DNA of 64,000 bases, taken from assembly GCA_046045965.1 (NCBI GenBank), contig JBJOKS010000027.1:1-64000 (forward strand), in the 5' to 3' direction. This document shows, piece by piece, positions 1 through 12,618 of this stretch. This DNA is from Cyanobacteriota bacterium (lineage in GTDB: Bacteria; Cyanobacteriota; Cyanobacteriia; Cyanobacteriales; Nostocaceae). Each line of letters opens with the position of its first letter. Position 1 is the stretch's first letter. The translations under genes were made by a program, and so were the position numbers. Under the pieces are notes generated by a model. That model did no database searches. It was not told where the DNA came from and worked only from the letters and a program-made list of their open reading frames with translations.

Positions 1-232
<232 letters not shown>

Positions 233-297
233 CAATTTCAGTGGATATTTTGGGTTTTGGATTCTAGATTTAATCCAAAGTCCAAAATCCAAAATTT

Positions 298-396
298 CAC
301 TGATAGCACTGATAGCACTGATAGCACTGATAGCACTGATAGCACTGATAGCACTGATAGCACTGATAGCACTGATAGCACTGATAGCACTGATAG
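298..396. repeat. Perfect tandem repeat (CACTGATAG)x11 in the psaA-psaB spacer
   Basis: Eleven exact 9-nt units counted; preceded by an imperfect TTTTGG.../...CCAAAA hairpin at ~246-297. Confidence 0.98.
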
Positions 397-429
397 CAAT
401 GGCTAAAGGTCAGAGGAATCATCAACCCT

Positions 430-2661
430 ATGGCAACAAAATTTCCAAAATTTAGCCAGGATCTCGCACAGGACCCGACTACTCGTCGGATTTGGTATGC
501 GATCGCAACAGGCAACGACTTTGAAAGCCACGATGGCATGACAGAAGAGAATCTTTACCAAAAGATTTTCGCTACGCACTTCGGTCACTTGGCAATCATC
601 TTCCTGTGGGCATCCAGCCTCCTGTTCCACGTAGCCTGGCAAGGTAACTTTGAACAGTGGATTAAAGATCCCCTTCACGTCCGTCCTATCGCCCATGCGA
701 TTTGGGACCCTCACTTCGGCGCTCCCGCAGTTGACGCTTTCACCCAAGCTGGTGCAAGCAATCCTGTAAATATTGCTTACTCCGGTGTTTACCACTGGTG
801 GTACACCATCGGGATGCGGACAAACCAAGAACTGTACACTGGTTCTTTAGGTCTGCTCTTGTTAGCAGCTGTGTTCTTGTTCGCTGGTTGGTTGCACTTA
901 CAACCCAAGTTCCGTCCTAGCCTCTCTTGGTTCAAGAGTGCTGAACCCCGTCTAAACCACCACTTAGCTGGTTTGTTCGGTGTTAGCTCCTTAGCTTGGA
1001 CTGGTCACTTGGTTCACGTTGCTATCCCCGAATCTCGTGGTATTCATGTAGGTTGGGATAACTTCTTGACTGTTGCTCCCCACCCAGCAGGGTTAACCCC
1101 CTTCTTCACAGGTAACTGGGGCGTTTACGCTCAAAACCCTGACACCGCTGGCCATTTATTTGGTACTTCCACTGGTGCTGGTACAGCGATTCTGACCTTC
1201 TTGGGCGGTTTCCACCCCCAAACAGAATCCTTGTGGTTGACTGACATGGCTCACCACCACTTGGCGATCGCTGTTCTGTTCATCGTTGCTGGTCATATGT
1301 ACCGCACTAACTTCGGAATTGGTCACAGCATCAAAGAAATGCTCAACTCCAAATCCGGTTTAGTTCCCGGTAGCAAGAGCGAAGGTCAGTTTAACCTGCC
1401 CCACCAAGGTTTGTACGACACCATTAACAACTCCTTACACTTCCAATTGTCTTTGGCGTTGGCTGCGTTAGGAACAATCACTTCCTTGGTTGCTCAACAT
1501 ATGTACGCTCTGCCTCCTTATGCGTTCATCGCTAAGGACTACACCACACAGGCAGCACTGTACACCCACCACCAGTACATCGCTGGTTTCTTGATGGTTG
1601 GTGCTTTCGCCCACGCCGCTATCTTCTGGGTTCGTGACTATGACCCCGAACAAAACAAGGGCAACGTATTAGACCGGATTTTGCAGCACAAAGAAGCGAT
1701 CATCTCCCACCTCAGCTGGGTATCTCTCTTCTTGGGCTTCCACACCTTGGGCTTGTACGTTCACAATGACGTAGTAGTTGCTTTCGGTACTCCTGAAAAG
1801 CAAATCTTGATTGAGCCAGTATTTGCTCAGTTCATTCAAGCTGCTCACGGTAAAGTTCTCTACGGCTTAGACACCTTGTTGTCTAACCCTGACAGCATTG
1901 CTTACACCGCCTACCCCAACTACGGTAACGTTTGGTTGTCTGGCTGGTTAGATGCCATCAACTCTGGAACAAACTCCTTGTTCCTAACCATTGGACCTGG
2001 CGACTTCTTGGTTCACCACGCTTTCGCCTTGGCTATCCACACCACCACCTTGGTACTTGTTAAAGGTGCTTTGGATGCTCGTGGTTCTAAACTGATGCCC
2101 GATAAAAAGGACTTCGGTTATGCGTTCCCCTGCGACGGTCCCGGCCGTGGCGGTACTTGCGATATCTCCGCATGGGACGCTTTCTACCTGTCTATGTTCT
2201 GGATGTTAAACACCATTGGTTGGGTAACATTCTACTGGCACTGGAAACACCTGGGTATTTGGCAAGGTAACGTTGCACAGTTCAACGAAAACTCTACCTA
2301 CTTGATGGGCTGGTTCCGTGACTACCTCTGGGCTAACTCTGCTCAGTTGATCAACGGTTACAACGCCTACGGCATGAACAACCTGTCTGTTTGGGCTTGG
2401 ATGTTCCTCTTCGGACATCTGATCTGGGCAACTGGTTTCATGTTCCTCATCTCTTGGAGAGGTTACTGGCAAGAGTTGATCGAAACCTTGGTTTGGGCGC
2501 ACGAGCGTACTCCTCTGGCTAACTTGGTTCGCTGGAAAGATAAGCCCGTTGCTCTCTCCATCGTTCAAGCTCGTGTGGTTGGTTTAGCTCACTTCACAGT
2601 TGGCTACATCGTCACCTACGCGGCGTTCCTCATTGCTTCTACTGCTGGTAAGTTCGGTTGA
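430..2661 (+). CDS. psaB: Photosystem I P700 apoprotein A2
   Basis: [22 protein letters not shown] start, [14 protein letters not shown] motif, 743 aa. Confidence 0.99.
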   Translation: MATKFPKFSQDLAQDPTTRRIWYAIATGNDFESHDGMTEENLYQKIFATHFGHLAIIFLWASSLLFHVAWQGNFEQWIKDPLHVRPIAHAIWDPHFGAPAVDAFTQAGASNPVNIAYSGVYHWWYTIGMRTNQELYTGSLGLLLLAAVFLFAGWLHLQPKFRPSLSWFKSAEPRLNHHLAGLFGVSSLAWTGHLVHVAIPESRGIHVGWDNFLTVAPHPAGLTPFFTGNWGVYAQNPDTAGHLFGTSTGAGTAILTFLGGFHPQTESLWLTDMAHHHLAIAVLFIVAGHMYRTNFGIGHSIKEMLNSKSGLVPGSKSEGQFNLPHQGLYDTINNSLHFQLSLALAALGTITSLVAQHMYALPPYAFIAKDYTTQAALYTHHQYIAGFLMVGAFAHAAIFWVRDYDPEQNKGNVLDRILQHKEAIISHLSWVSLFLGFHTLGLYVHNDVVVAFGTPEKQILIEPVFAQFIQAAHGKVLYGLDTLLSNPDSIAYTAYPNYGNVWLSGWLDAINSGTNSLFLTIGPGDFLVHHAFALAIHTTTLVLVKGALDARGSKLMPDKKDFGYAFPCDGPGRGGTCDISAWDAFYLSMFWMLNTIGWVTFYWHWKHLGIWQGNVAQFNENSTYLMGWFRDYLWANSAQLINGYNAYGMNNLSVWAWMFLFGHLIWATGFMFLISWRGYWQELIETLVWAHERTPLANLVRWKDKPVALSIVQARVVGLAHFTVGYIVTYAAFLIASTAGKFG

Positions 2662-2689
2662 TCCTGACTGCTGGTTTTAGGTAAGTAAC

Positions 2690-2725
2690 AAAAAAATCCC
2701 CTGCCGCAAGGTGGGGGGTTTTTTA
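2690..2725 (+). terminator. Rho-independent terminator after psaB
   Basis: AAAAAAATCCCCTGCC-GCAA-GGTGGGGGGTTTTTT stem-loop with U tract. Confidence 0.85.
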
Positions 2726-2934
2726 TGGGCAAGATGCCCACCCCACAAGATTAGATATTAAAATGTACCTCTAGAATACAGAGGAAATACAAAAGAAATG
2801 ACTAAAGCATGGCTAGAGTGGGGTAAGCAAAAGGGCTATATTTTTTTAAATTGCCTGTGTTATGAAAAAACCAATTTAATTTATCAGGTAATCTAGAAGT
2901 GCGATCGCTTATCTATTAAATATTAACCATTACC

Positions 2935-5595
2935 TTATTTCTCACCACCAGCTTTTGACTTAGGATAAGCAATACGTTTATGATGAAATTGCTGCCAAAC
3001 TTCCACAAAAAGTTGAGCAATTTTTGGCATTTCCTCCCTAGTCAAACCAGAATCTACTAATTGTCCCTCTTGCCATTTAGCACGAATAATATTATTCAAC
3101 ATATTTAATGCTTGTTCTGGAGTCGCATCTTTCAAACTTCGCAACGCCGCTTCACAAGAATCTGCTAACATCACAATTCCTGTTTCTCTAGATTGAGGAA
3201 TTGGTCCATCATAGCAAAAATCAACTTTATCTAATATGATACTAGGATCATCCTTAGTCATTTGCTGTGCCTGGTGATAAAAATAAGCGATCGCCATTGT
3301 TCCCTGATGTTCAGGAATAAAAGCTTGAATCGCTGTCGGTAAACTATGCTTTTTAGCCATCACCAACCCTTCCGTTACGTGCTTTTTAATAATTGCTGCA
3401 CTCTTCCAAGGATCTTTAATTTCCGTTTCATGTTTATTTGGACCCCCCATTTGATTTTCAATAAATCCCAACGGGTCGTGCATTTTACCAATATCATGAT
3501 ATAAGGTTCCAGCCCTGACCAACTCCACATTACAGCGTAATTTTTTCGCCGCAGCTTCCGCTAAAGTTGCCACAAATAAAGTATGTTGAAAAGTTCCTGG
3601 AGTTTCCGTAGCCAGACGCTTTAACAAAGGAAGGTTAGGATTAGCCAATTCTGCCAAGCGGATAGGCGTAATTAAATCAAACAATTTTTCCAGATAAGGA
3701 CTTAACCCCAAAGCGATAATACTCCAAGCCAAACCCGATAAACCAAATAACAGCGCATCTTGCAGGACAGTATACCAAGCAGGAACGAAAGCAGCACCAA
3801 CAAATATATTCAGAATTAAATAAATACTGCCTTGAGTTAAAGCAATCACAACACCTAATAATGCCAATTCCTCGCGGGATTTGAACTTTTGCGCTAAATA
3901 ACTACTCAATATCCCGCCAGCAGCACCAGCTACCAAACAAATCTTATTAATCTCCATACTAATTGGTAGTATGAACGACAACAGCCCTAGAACTGTCACC
4001 CCTAAAGTCCCGCCGTAAAAGCTTCCCAACAATAAACCAATGGCGCTCCAAGTAGTATAACGTACACCCATCACTAAAACACTAGGAATACTTAGAGTCA
4101 GGAGCAAGATTAACAGGCGATCGCTTTGTCGCAAATGACTACCAATTCCCCATTCTATCCGCACAAAAACGCCAATAGCCGCAGCAATTAAACCGGATAA
4201 ACCTGCTAAACCCAGCCAATTCACCTCTCGGCGATTCAAGTTATAATGGTCTAATACATCAAATTTCCAATCTGTAATCCGATCCCCTTTCTTGAGAATC
4301 ACCTCTCCTTGCCGTACCTTCTGCATGACAGATTCTACTTGTTCTGCTGCTAGTTGAGCCTGTTTTTTCGTTTGATCTTCATCTTTCTGGAGATTTGGCC
4401 GCAGTACAGCCAACAATACTTTATTTGCTAAGGCTTCAGCCTCGCCAGGTACAGATATTTGCGCTTGTAGACTCACCGCATCTTGTAAGATGCTGGTCGG
4501 CAGCCCTGGTGGTATGCCTTGGGTAAGTATCCGTTCTGCACTTTGATGGATTCCCTTTTGTGTTTTTCTCCAATCCTCATCTGACAAATCCAAAAGCACA
4601 TTTTCCGCGTATACTGCTTGTTTTCTCTCAGCCTCCATCCGTGAAAGCTTTTCCCTCGCTTCAGTATATCCTGCTCTAATTTGGGATATTTGGGTAATCA
4701 ATAAAGGCATATTTATATCTGGATTATTGATAATAGAAGCCTTTAATTCTGCTAAAACTTGCTCAAAATCAGGTTTTTCACTCTTGCTGTGCTTTTTGGA
4801 CGGATTTTCTTGGGTCGCATTTATTGTTAGCCCTGACAACGTAGGCGAAGACCTAGAAACTTGATGATTGTCTGCTATCCTTGACTTAGGTATAGACTGA
4901 AATTTTTCTAAAGCTGCTTTTAGCTGTTCCCATTCTGGCTCCGAACAAGAACGGAGATATCGCTGGGTAGGAATAGGCAAAATTGAAACATCAAAAAAAG
5001 GAAAAGACCCTGCAACCGCACGAATCTCATCACCATCTTCGAGCAGTTGCCGCAAATTTTGGTTAATTTGCTCATTTTTCTGGGTATTAATCATCAATAC
5101 AGGGTGAGATTTTTCCTGTGCTGCTTTACGCTCGGCTTCTGTTTGTTGCCGATCTTCGATACTTGCAGAATATGGAGCAATAAATGTTTGTGGTGCAGCA
5201 GTCCCAATTTTCATCTGAGGCTGGTTGTACAATTCATGTCCCATTACACCTGTTAAAGATGCCACAGACATGACCCAAATCACCACAGAACGCTGTTGAT
5301 GTAACCAGCTGAAAACCACTGCATCAATGCCATGATGACGGGTCAAAGATTTTGCCGTTGATTGAGGAGCTTTTCTTCCTTGTAAATGCCCACCTTCCTC
5401 ACTAGTGGGTAATAAATACAACAGTAGATTCTTGATAATAGTCCTAAAAAGTTTTTGATGACGACTTTGACTTCTTTGACTTCTGGAACTACTCACCAAA
5501 CCAAGCCACTTTCCTTTACGGCACAACACCCTGTACTGTCGCCGCCATTGCCTCAATTGCTGGGTTAAGGACCGCAAAAATCGCTGCGTTTTCAT
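2935..5595 (-). CDS. 7TM receptor / HDIG-domain phosphohydrolase (PgpH-like cyclic di-AMP phosphodiesterase family)
   Basis: Large extracytoplasmic region, multiple TM helices, PGTFQHT, YHDIGK, HHG-like EHQGT and MLADSCEAA motifs. Confidence 0.88.
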   Translation of the reverse strand: MKTQRFLRSLTQQLRQWRRQYRVLCRKGKWLGLVSSSRSQRSQSRHQKLFRTIIKNLLLYLLPTSEEGGHLQGRKAPQSTAKSLTRHHGIDAVVFSWLHQQRSVVIWVMSVASLTGVMGHELYNQPQMKIGTAAPQTFIAPYSASIEDRQQTEAERKAAQEKSHPVLMINTQKNEQINQNLRQLLEDGDEIRAVAGSFPFFDVSILPIPTQRYLRSCSEPEWEQLKAALEKFQSIPKSRIADNHQVSRSSPTLSGLTINATQENPSKKHSKSEKPDFEQVLAELKASIINNPDINMPLLITQISQIRAGYTEAREKLSRMEAERKQAVYAENVLLDLSDEDWRKTQKGIHQSAERILTQGIPPGLPTSILQDAVSLQAQISVPGEAEALANKVLLAVLRPNLQKDEDQTKKQAQLAAEQVESVMQKVRQGEVILKKGDRITDWKFDVLDHYNLNRREVNWLGLAGLSGLIAAAIGVFVRIEWGIGSHLRQSDRLLILLLTLSIPSVLVMGVRYTTWSAIGLLLGSFYGGTLGVTVLGLLSFILPISMEINKICLVAGAAGGILSSYLAQKFKSREELALLGVVIALTQGSIYLILNIFVGAAFVPAWYTVLQDALLFGLSGLAWSIIALGLSPYLEKLFDLITPIRLAELANPNLPLLKRLATETPGTFQHTLFVATLAEAAAKKLRCNVELVRAGTLYHDIGKMHDPLGFIENQMGGPNKHETEIKDPWKSAAIIKKHVTEGLVMAKKHSLPTAIQAFIPEHQGTMAIAYFYHQAQQMTKDDPSIILDKVDFCYDGPIPQSRETGIVMLADSCEAALRSLKDATPEQALNMLNNIIRAKWQEGQLVDSGLTREEMPKIAQLFVEVWQQFHHKRIAYPKSKAGGEK

Positions 5596-5677
5596 CTCCT
5601 CTCACACATTGGCTTGCGTGAATTGTAGCAGCTGATCCCCAAATAGAGATAAGATGCTTTCAATAAAAACTGAATAT

Positions 5678-6592
5678 TCAACGCGGACGAATCACACGAG
5701 GTGCGGCAAAGATGGAAAGTGGAGCCAATTGCCAATTTATGTCACATCCTTCTTTTGTCAAATCCTTGGTATTGAGATTAATATTATACGCACCTGACCA
5801 GACTGCCACAAGGGCATCAGCTAATTCTAGCATCTGGGAAAAGCTGCTCATTCCCCATACTGGTTGATTGGAGGCTGATAATAAAACTTGCCAATTGACT
5901 GGAATTCCTACTGTGCTGTTATATGCCCCTGATAAAGCTCCGGTCAATGCACAACACCAAAAGTTTTGCTTCAGAGAATTATCAGCACTCCGCAACACTG
6001 TCAGCCGAAAATCTTCTAAGGTACTCAAAAAACAATAAAAGGCTAAGGCAATATTGTTACTTATTTTGTCTTGCCTACTGAATTCAAGTCGTGCTTGTTC
6101 TAATCCTGCCCCTTGCTCTAATAAGGTATTGACTTTTAATAAATTTTCTGGTATGGCTGTTTCAGCTTTTCCCAAAAAAGAAATAGTTTGATGAATAAGG
6201 GTTAAAGGGTCGAGTTTTTCTGTTAGAGATTTGGCGATCGCATATCCCATCACCAAAGCTGCATCTATTACCACTGGGGTAGGATTCCAGATTTGTAATA
6301 CTTGCAGCAAATTGTATTTAAGTTTAATAGTATCTTCATGAAAAAAAATCGCCACTGGTAAGGTGGCTAAAATGATTTTTCCCCAAGTAGTATCAGTAAT
6401 TTCTAAATCAACGGATGCTTTTTGGTAACGCTTTAACCAATCCTCTACATCTAATCTACCCAATAAAATTAAACTTTCACTACCCAGAACTGCAATTTCC
6501 CCTAAATCACAAACACTCTGATTAGCTAAATTTTTCCCCAGTATTGCTCCCAGGAAAGTACCTCTAACCCGATTTACGAGAGAATAACGCAT
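5678..6592 (-). CDS. ADP-ribosylglycohydrolase family protein
   Basis: RVRGTFLGAILG N-terminus and ALTGALSGAYNSTVGIP..W C-terminal motif; catalytic Asp motifs look degenerate. Confidence 0.75.
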   Translation of the reverse strand: MRYSLVNRVRGTFLGAILGKNLANQSVCDLGEIAVLGSESLILLGRLDVEDWLKRYQKASVDLEITDTTWGKIILATLPVAIFFHEDTIKLKYNLLQVLQIWNPTPVVIDAALVMGYAIAKSLTEKLDPLTLIHQTISFLGKAETAIPENLLKVNTLLEQGAGLEQARLEFSRQDKISNNIALAFYCFLSTLEDFRLTVLRSADNSLKQNFWCCALTGALSGAYNSTVGIPVNWQVLLSASNQPVWGMSSFSQMLELADALVAVWSGAYNINLNTKDLTKEGCDINWQLAPLSIFAAPRVIRPR

Positions 6593-6593
6593 A

Positions 6594-6634
6594 ATTGGTG
6601 ATTGGTGACTGGTGACTGGTGACTGGTGACTGGG
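6594..6634. repeat. STRR heptamer tract (T/C)TGGTGA
   Basis: About 5-6 tandem heptamers. Confidence 0.85.
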
Positions 6635-6668
6635 AAGAGGAAAAAATAAATTCTGCTTCTGACTCCTG

Positions 6669-7130
6669 TTAATTGTTGAGCCTTAAATGATTTATCAATG
6701 CCTGTAAACCCAACAAATAACTTTGGACACCAAAGCCACTAATTTGGCCAATGACTACTGGGGCTATGTAAGAATGATGACGAAAATCCTCTCGGCGGTA
6801 AATATTGCTCAGATGTACCTCTACTGTTGGTAAATTCACAGCAGCGATCGCATCTCTCAGAGCTACACTCGTATGGGTATATGCCCCGGCATTAATCACT
6901 ATTCCCTGGTGTTGTCCTAATGCCCCGTGAATTGCGTCTAGCAAAACTCCTTCATGATTTGACTGCAAAGGCGTAACTTTTGCCTCTAATTTGATGGCTT
7001 CTGCTGCTAATAGGCGGTTAATTTCCTCTAGAGTGAGAGAACCGTAAATTCCCGGTTCTCGCTGTCCTAGTAAATTGAGGTTTGGTCCGTGCATCACTAA
7101 AATACTTAAAGGCAGCAAAGTTAACTCCAA
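6669..7130 (-). CDS. aroQ: Type II 3-dehydroquinate dehydratase
   Basis: [39 protein letters not shown] motifs; TTG start at 7130 preferred because the 7166 start overlaps the small ORF at 7144-7281. Confidence 0.95.
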   Translation of the reverse strand: MELTLLPLSILVMHGPNLNLLGQREPGIYGSLTLEEINRLLAAEAIKLEAKVTPLQSNHEGVLLDAIHGALGQHQGIVINAGAYTHTSVALRDAIAAVNLPTVEVHLSNIYRREDFRHHSYIAPVVIGQISGFGVQSYLLGLQALINHLRLNN

Positions 7131-7143
7131 TATCTTCAGGTCA

Positions 7144-7281
7144 TTAGCGCCGACGGTAACGTTCATTCACAGGAATCGGAATCAGTTCCGGTTCCGGTTC
7201 AGCTTCTGGCCCCAGCAACGCTTCAACTAGCTTCCGCGCTAATTCTTTCAGCTTTTCCAGTACCTTTTCTATATAGTCCAT
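7144..7281 (-). CDS. Small 45-aa hypothetical protein ([45 protein letters not shown])
   Basis: Manually translated; AGGAG RBS upstream of the ATG; amphipathic helix plus [10 protein letters not shown] tail; below the ORF-track cutoff. Confidence 0.75.
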   Translation of the reverse strand: MDYIEKVLEKLKELARKLVEALLGPEAEPEPELIPIPVNERYRRR

Positions 7282-7506
7282 TGAACTGAACGCTCCTGAG
7301 ATACTACCTCAATTTTAATTAACAGGCTCATCGAAACCGGCTGATTGTTGCACTTTTCGTTTCTAATCAGGGTGATAGATTCCTGTATTCTCAGACCTAA
7401 ACCAATTGAACATTTGGTTTTGTGTCCTTCCTTACTTATTAGATTATCACAAGGATAAGGGAAAGGGTAAGGAGTAAAATTTCGTAATTTCCCATTTCCC
7501 TAATCC

Positions 7507-10170
7507 TTAACTTGATGCTTCTTTCTTTTTTCCTCTACTGGTAGATGATTTAGCTGTAGTTGACTTAGTTTTAGCAGTCGTTGATTTACTGGTTTTACTA
7601 GTTGTTTTGCTTGTCGATTTAGTAGATGCTTTAGCTTGCAGCAATTCTAGCGCAGCAGACAGCGTGATAGTTTCTGTCGTTTGACCTTCTGGAAGACTGA
7701 CATTAGTTTTGCCATGCTTAATATAAGGACCATAAGGACCATCGTAAATATTTACAGGTGCATCATCATCTGGATGTGTACCCAGTTCCCTTACAGCTGC
7801 TTTAGATTTACCGCTGCTGGAAGCACGTCCCTTTTTTGGTTCTGCCAATAACTCCAATGCACGTTCTAGGGAAATTGTCAATACATTATCGGTTGCTTTT
7901 AGAGAACGGTAATCTTTCCCTTCCTTGCCTTGGTCATGGACAACATAGGGTCCAAACCTTCCTAAACTGGCTTGAATTTTCGCTCCCGTTGCTGGATGCA
8001 CTCCCAAGGTTCGGGGTAGTGCCAACAGCCCCACAGCCATCTCTAATGTGAGATTTTCCGGTGTGACACCTTTGGGCAGGGAAGCTTGTTTCGGCTTAGG
8101 GTTTTCCTCAGTTTTATCACCCAACTGCACATAAGGTCCATAAGTGCCAATCTTCACATAAATTGGTTCACCAGTTTCGGGATGTCGTCCTACCTGGTCA
8201 GGTCCGGTAGTTTTTTGCCGCAGTAAAACTTCTACCTGTTTGGGGTTGAGGTCAGCGGGGGTAAGGTCTTTAGGAATGGAAGCTGTAACCACACCTTCAC
8301 CATTTTCTACTTCAATGTAAGGACCATATTTACCAATGCGGACTTTAGCATCTAGGTTTTCTAATTCTACGCTTCTGGCCTTAGTCGCATCAATTTGACT
8401 TTCCTGTTCTCTCACCAAGGTTTCTAAACCCTGTTCTCCCAGATAAAATTTCTGGAGATAGGGTAGCCATTTTGCTTCACCTGTAGCAATATCATCTAGA
8501 GTTTGCTCCATTTTGGAGGTAAAACTGGGATCAACAATATCGGGGAAATGTTTTTCCAGCAAGTCAGTGACAGCAAAAGCCGTGAAAGTAGGAATTAAAG
8601 CATTACTCACTAACTGGGCATAACCTTTGTCGATGATAGTACCAATAATGCTGGCATAGGTACTAGGACGACCAATACCTTCGCTTTCTAAGGTTTTCAC
8701 CAGACTAGCTTCGGTGTATCTAGCTGGAGGTTGGGTTTCATGTCCCACTGCTTCTAGTTCTGTACAAGTGGGATGATCTCCAACTTTCAGAGCTGGTAAA
8801 ATTACTTCTTGGTCTTCTAATGCGGCTTCAGGATCATCGGAACCTTCAACGTAGGCGCGAAGATAACCAGGAAAATCTATACGCTTACCAGAAGAACGAA
8901 AACCCGCATCTTCAACTTGCAGTTGGACAGTAATTTGAGTTTGGCGAGAATCAGCCATTTGTGAAGCAACAGTACGCTTCCAAATTAAATCATATACAGC
9001 AAATTCCCGTCCGCCTAAACCTGTTTCTTGAGGTGTACGGAAGCTGCTCCCTGCGGGACGGATGGCTTCGTGTGCTTCCTGTGCGCCTTTAGATTTGGTA
9101 GTGTATTGTCTGGGTTGGGGGCTGAGATATTGCTTACCGTATTTTTGTTCTACACAACTGCGAGCAGCTGAAATTGCTTGATCTGACAAATGCACCGAAT
9201 CTGTCCGCATATAAGTAATATACCCTTGCTCATACAAATTCTGAGCAACTCGCATGGTATCCCGTGCTGAAAGACGCAGTTTGCGGTTAGATTCTTGTTG
9301 TAGCGTCGAAGTAGTAAACGGGGGTGAAGGTTTACGGGTAACAGGACGTTCTTCCATATCCGTCACACTCCAAGTTTTACCCTCCAGACGTTCCTTGAGT
9401 TCTAAAGCTTGCTCCTCATTCAACAACACCACATTGCGTCCAGCGGCTATTTGTCCCGTTGCGGGGTCAAAATCGCTGCCTGTAGCCACTTTCGTCCCGC
9501 CAAAAGTCACCAATTGGGCGCTAAATGGACTTTTGTCCTGTAATAGACTGGCTTTTAAATCCCAATATGTACCTTCATGGAAAGCTCGACGCTGACGTTC
9601 CTTTGTCACCAATAGCCGCACCGCTACAGACTGCACTCGACCAGCTGAGAGTCCCCAGGCGATTTTTTTCCACAACAAGGGCGATAGGGTATATCCTACC
9701 AGTCGATCTAAAATTCGTCTGGTTTCTTGGGCGCGAACCAATTGCTCATCAATGGTGCGGCAGTTGGTCAAAGCTTTTTTAATAGCTTCCTGGGTAATTT
9801 CGTGAAACACCATTCGCTTGGTTGGCACTTTAGGTTTCAGCAATTGGTATAAATGCCAACTGATGCTTTCACCTTCCCGGTCTTCGTCAGTTGCCAAAAT
9901 CAATTCATCAACACCTTTGAGGGCATCTTTAAGCTGAGTGACAATTTTCTTTTTGTCTTTGGGGACGACATACACCGGTTCAAAGTCGGCTTCTATATTC
10001 ACCCCAAGCTGCGCCCATTTCTCCCCTTTGATAGCGGCCGGAATTTCACTAGCCGACTGAGGTAGGTCACGAACGTGACCCATTGAAGCTTCTACCCGAT
10101 AGTCTTTTGGCAGGTAGTTGCGAATGGTACGAGCTTTGGTTGGAGATTCGACGATGACGAGAGTTGACAT
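7507..10170 (-). CDS. topA: DNA topoisomerase I
   Basis: [34 protein letters not shown] motifs; C-terminal repeats and basic tail. Confidence 0.98.
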   Translation of the reverse strand: MSTLVIVESPTKARTIRNYLPKDYRVEASMGHVRDLPQSASEIPAAIKGEKWAQLGVNIEADFEPVYVVPKDKKKIVTQLKDALKGVDELILATDEDREGESISWHLYQLLKPKVPTKRMVFHEITQEAIKKALTNCRTIDEQLVRAQETRRILDRLVGYTLSPLLWKKIAWGLSAGRVQSVAVRLLVTKERQRRAFHEGTYWDLKASLLQDKSPFSAQLVTFGGTKVATGSDFDPATGQIAAGRNVVLLNEEQALELKERLEGKTWSVTDMEERPVTRKPSPPFTTSTLQQESNRKLRLSARDTMRVAQNLYEQGYITYMRTDSVHLSDQAISAARSCVEQKYGKQYLSPQPRQYTTKSKGAQEAHEAIRPAGSSFRTPQETGLGGREFAVYDLIWKRTVASQMADSRQTQITVQLQVEDAGFRSSGKRIDFPGYLRAYVEGSDDPEAALEDQEVILPALKVGDHPTCTELEAVGHETQPPARYTEASLVKTLESEGIGRPSTYASIIGTIIDKGYAQLVSNALIPTFTAFAVTDLLEKHFPDIVDPSFTSKMEQTLDDIATGEAKWLPYLQKFYLGEQGLETLVREQESQIDATKARSVELENLDAKVRIGKYGPYIEVENGEGVVTASIPKDLTPADLNPKQVEVLLRQKTTGPDQVGRHPETGEPIYVKIGTYGPYVQLGDKTEENPKPKQASLPKGVTPENLTLEMAVGLLALPRTLGVHPATGAKIQASLGRFGPYVVHDQGKEGKDYRSLKATDNVLTISLERALELLAEPKKGRASSSGKSKAAVRELGTHPDDDAPVNIYDGPYGPYIKHGKTNVSLPEGQTTETITLSAALELLQAKASTKSTSKTTSKTSKSTTAKTKSTTAKSSTSRGKKKEASS

Positions 10171-10582
10171 GGAAATTTTAAAAAAAAGAATAGCTTTGAA
10201 GCTAAACAGTCAAATTGAGATAATTTTGGCGAAATGTCAAGATAAAATATCACGCCTAAGCAGTGATTTTATCCTTACAAACACTGCCCACAAGGGGGAA
10301 ATTTCTCTCAACTTTAGGTGCTGTGCTTCTTTTGAGCATTGGAGAAGCAACCTTGGAGAAATTGCCAGCTATTTCCATCTTTAACTTATCTGAGGCATAT
10401 TTGGCGACTAAAGTTTTCAACTTCTCCCCCAAGTTTGACTTGACAAGCACCAGTCTGACATTAACTGCATTTTTCTGAGACAGGTGTTAAAAACAGACAG
10501 ATAAATGCAATTCTGGTAAAGAAGTATAGATAGAATTAACTTAGTTAGCCTTAATCTCTAATCGCCAAAACCTATACATCTC

Positions 10583-12145
10583 ATGGATTTTGCTAATATT
10601 GCATCCCAGTTGAATGCTGGAACGATTTTACCAGAGGGAATTGTCATTATCACCCTCTTGGGGGTTTTGATTGTGGATTTGATTTTGGGGCGCACATCTT
10701 CACGCTGGATCGGATATCTGGCGATCGCAGGTTTACTGACTGCGATTGTCGCCCTATGCTTACAATGGGATGCTACCAACCCCATCGGATTTACTGGTAG
10801 CTTTAATGGTGACGACCTCAGTATTGTCTTTCGTGGCATTATTGCTTTGTCTGCCATTGTCACCATATTGATGTCAATTCGCTATGTGGAGCAGAGTGGT
10901 ACTGCTTTAGCAGAGTTCATCGCCATTTTGATGACGGCCACCTTGGGAGGAATGTTTCTATCAGGTGCTAGTGAGTTGGTGATGATCTTCATCTCCCTAG
11001 AAACCCTGAGTATTTCCTCTTATTTGCTGACAGGTTATACCAAGCGTGACCCCCGTTCTAATGAAGCGGCGCTGAAATACCTGTTAATTGGCGCTTCCAG
11101 TACAGCCGTATTTTTGTACGGTGTATCACTGCTCTATGGTTTGTCGGGTGGGCAAACAGAACTGAGTGCGATCGCTAACGGTATCGCTACTGCGAACGTC
11201 AGCCAATCTCTTGGTTTTATAATTGCTCTCGTTTTCGTCATTGCTGGCATTGGTTTCAAAATCTCCGCTGCACCCTTCCACCAGTGGACACCAGACGTTT
11301 ATGAAGGCGCTCCTACCCCAGTCATCGCCTTTTTATCCGTCGGTTCTAAAGCAGCAGGTTTTGCTCTGGCTATCCGCTTATTGACGGTAGTTTTCCCCCT
11401 CGTCGCTGACGAGTGGAGATTTGTCTTTACTGCGCTTGCAGTTCTCAGCATGGTGTTGGGTAACGTCGTTGCTCTAGCCCAAACCAGCATGAAACGGATG
11501 TTAGCTTATTCATCCATTGCTCAAGCCGGTTTTGTGATGATTGGCTTAATCTCTGGTACGGATGCAGGTTATTCCAGTATGATATTTTATCTGCTGGTTT
11601 ACCTATTCATGAACCTGTGCGGCTTTACCTGCATAGTTCTCTTCTCCCTGCGGACAGGAACAGATCAAATTGCTGAATACTCAGGTTTGTATCAGAAAGA
11701 CCCACTGCTCACACTCGGTTTAAGTATCTCTCTCTTATCCTTGGGTGGTATTCCCCCACTCGCTGGGTTTTTTGGGAAGATTTACTTATTCTGGGCAGGT
11801 TGGCAAGCTGGCCTTTACTGGTTAGTTTTGCTGGGTTTAGTTACCAGTGTGGTTTCCATCTATTACTACATTCGTGTAGTGAAGATGATGGTGGTTAAAG
11901 AACCTCAAGAAATGTCTGACGTAGTGAAGAATTATCCTCAAGTGCGTTGGGATTTACCGGGTTTAAGACCTTTACAAGTTGGTTTGATAGCAACTTTAAT
12001 TGCTACTTCCATCGCGGGTATTTTGTCAAATCCACTGTTTACTTTAGTAAATAATTCAGTTGCTAATACTCCTATTTTGCACGCTGCAAAGGTGGCGAGT
12101 ACACAAGCAAGTGTAATTATCACTGAGCAAGCTGAGAAATTGTAG
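10583..12145 (+). CDS. ndhB: NAD(P)H-quinone oxidoreductase subunit 2 (NdhB)
   Basis: Polytopic protein with [39 protein letters not shown]. Confidence 0.98.
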   Translation: MDFANIASQLNAGTILPEGIVIITLLGVLIVDLILGRTSSRWIGYLAIAGLLTAIVALCLQWDATNPIGFTGSFNGDDLSIVFRGIIALSAIVTILMSIRYVEQSGTALAEFIAILMTATLGGMFLSGASELVMIFISLETLSISSYLLTGYTKRDPRSNEAALKYLLIGASSTAVFLYGVSLLYGLSGGQTELSAIANGIATANVSQSLGFIIALVFVIAGIGFKISAAPFHQWTPDVYEGAPTPVIAFLSVGSKAAGFALAIRLLTVVFPLVADEWRFVFTALAVLSMVLGNVVALAQTSMKRMLAYSSIAQAGFVMIGLISGTDAGYSSMIFYLLVYLFMNLCGFTCIVLFSLRTGTDQIAEYSGLYQKDPLLTLGLSISLLSLGGIPPLAGFFGKIYLFWAGWQAGLYWLVLLGLVTSVVSIYYYIRVVKMMVVKEPQEMSDVVKNYPQVRWDLPGLRPLQVGLIATLIATSIAGILSNPLFTLVNNSVANTPILHAAKVASTQASVIITEQAEKL

Positions 12146-12316
12146 ATTGATTAATGGGTAATGAGTGATGGGTGCTTAACTCATTGCCCATTTTTCTTGA
12201 CTGAACGCAGATGGACGCAGATAAACGCAGATGTTTTTTAATTCTTTCCATCAACAAACCAATTTTCAATTTTTAGATTGTGAAACTCACTAAAATCAGA
12301 ATTTGATGTAGAGGAT

Positions 12317-12618
12317 TTTGTCTGAATCAGGATGTCTAGAATTTAAGTATTAACAGGATTGTGATTGTTTAATTGATGGTTTGATTTTATGTCTTTTTTT
12401 GTCTGAATCAGGATGTCCAGGATTTAACCCGGATTTACAGGATTGTGATTGTTTAATTTTCTGTTTTCATCAGGATTTAAAGATATTATATCATTATTTA
12501 ATTTATATTTATCCTCTTTTCGTCAACAAAAAAATCATCCTGTACATCCTTAAATCCTGGTGATCCTGATTCAGACAAAAAAATCATCCTGTACATCCTT
12601 AAATCCAGTAAATCCTGA
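12317..12618. repeat. MITE-like repeat with TTGTCTGAATCAGGAT...ATCCTGATTCAGACAA inverted ends and internal AGGAT iterons
   Basis: Two ~55-bp direct copies (about 12317 and 12397) face inverted copies (about 12530-12618); a collapsed version lies at 18081-18126. Confidence 0.7.

Noticed and set aside
298..396. Possible CRISPR array
   Set aside because: Contiguous 9-nt units with no spacers; no cas genes; no spacer-separated repeats anywhere in the window
297..539. Minus-strand ORF with (CYQ)n repeats
   Set aside because: Translation artefact of the 9-bp tandem repeat, antisense to psaB
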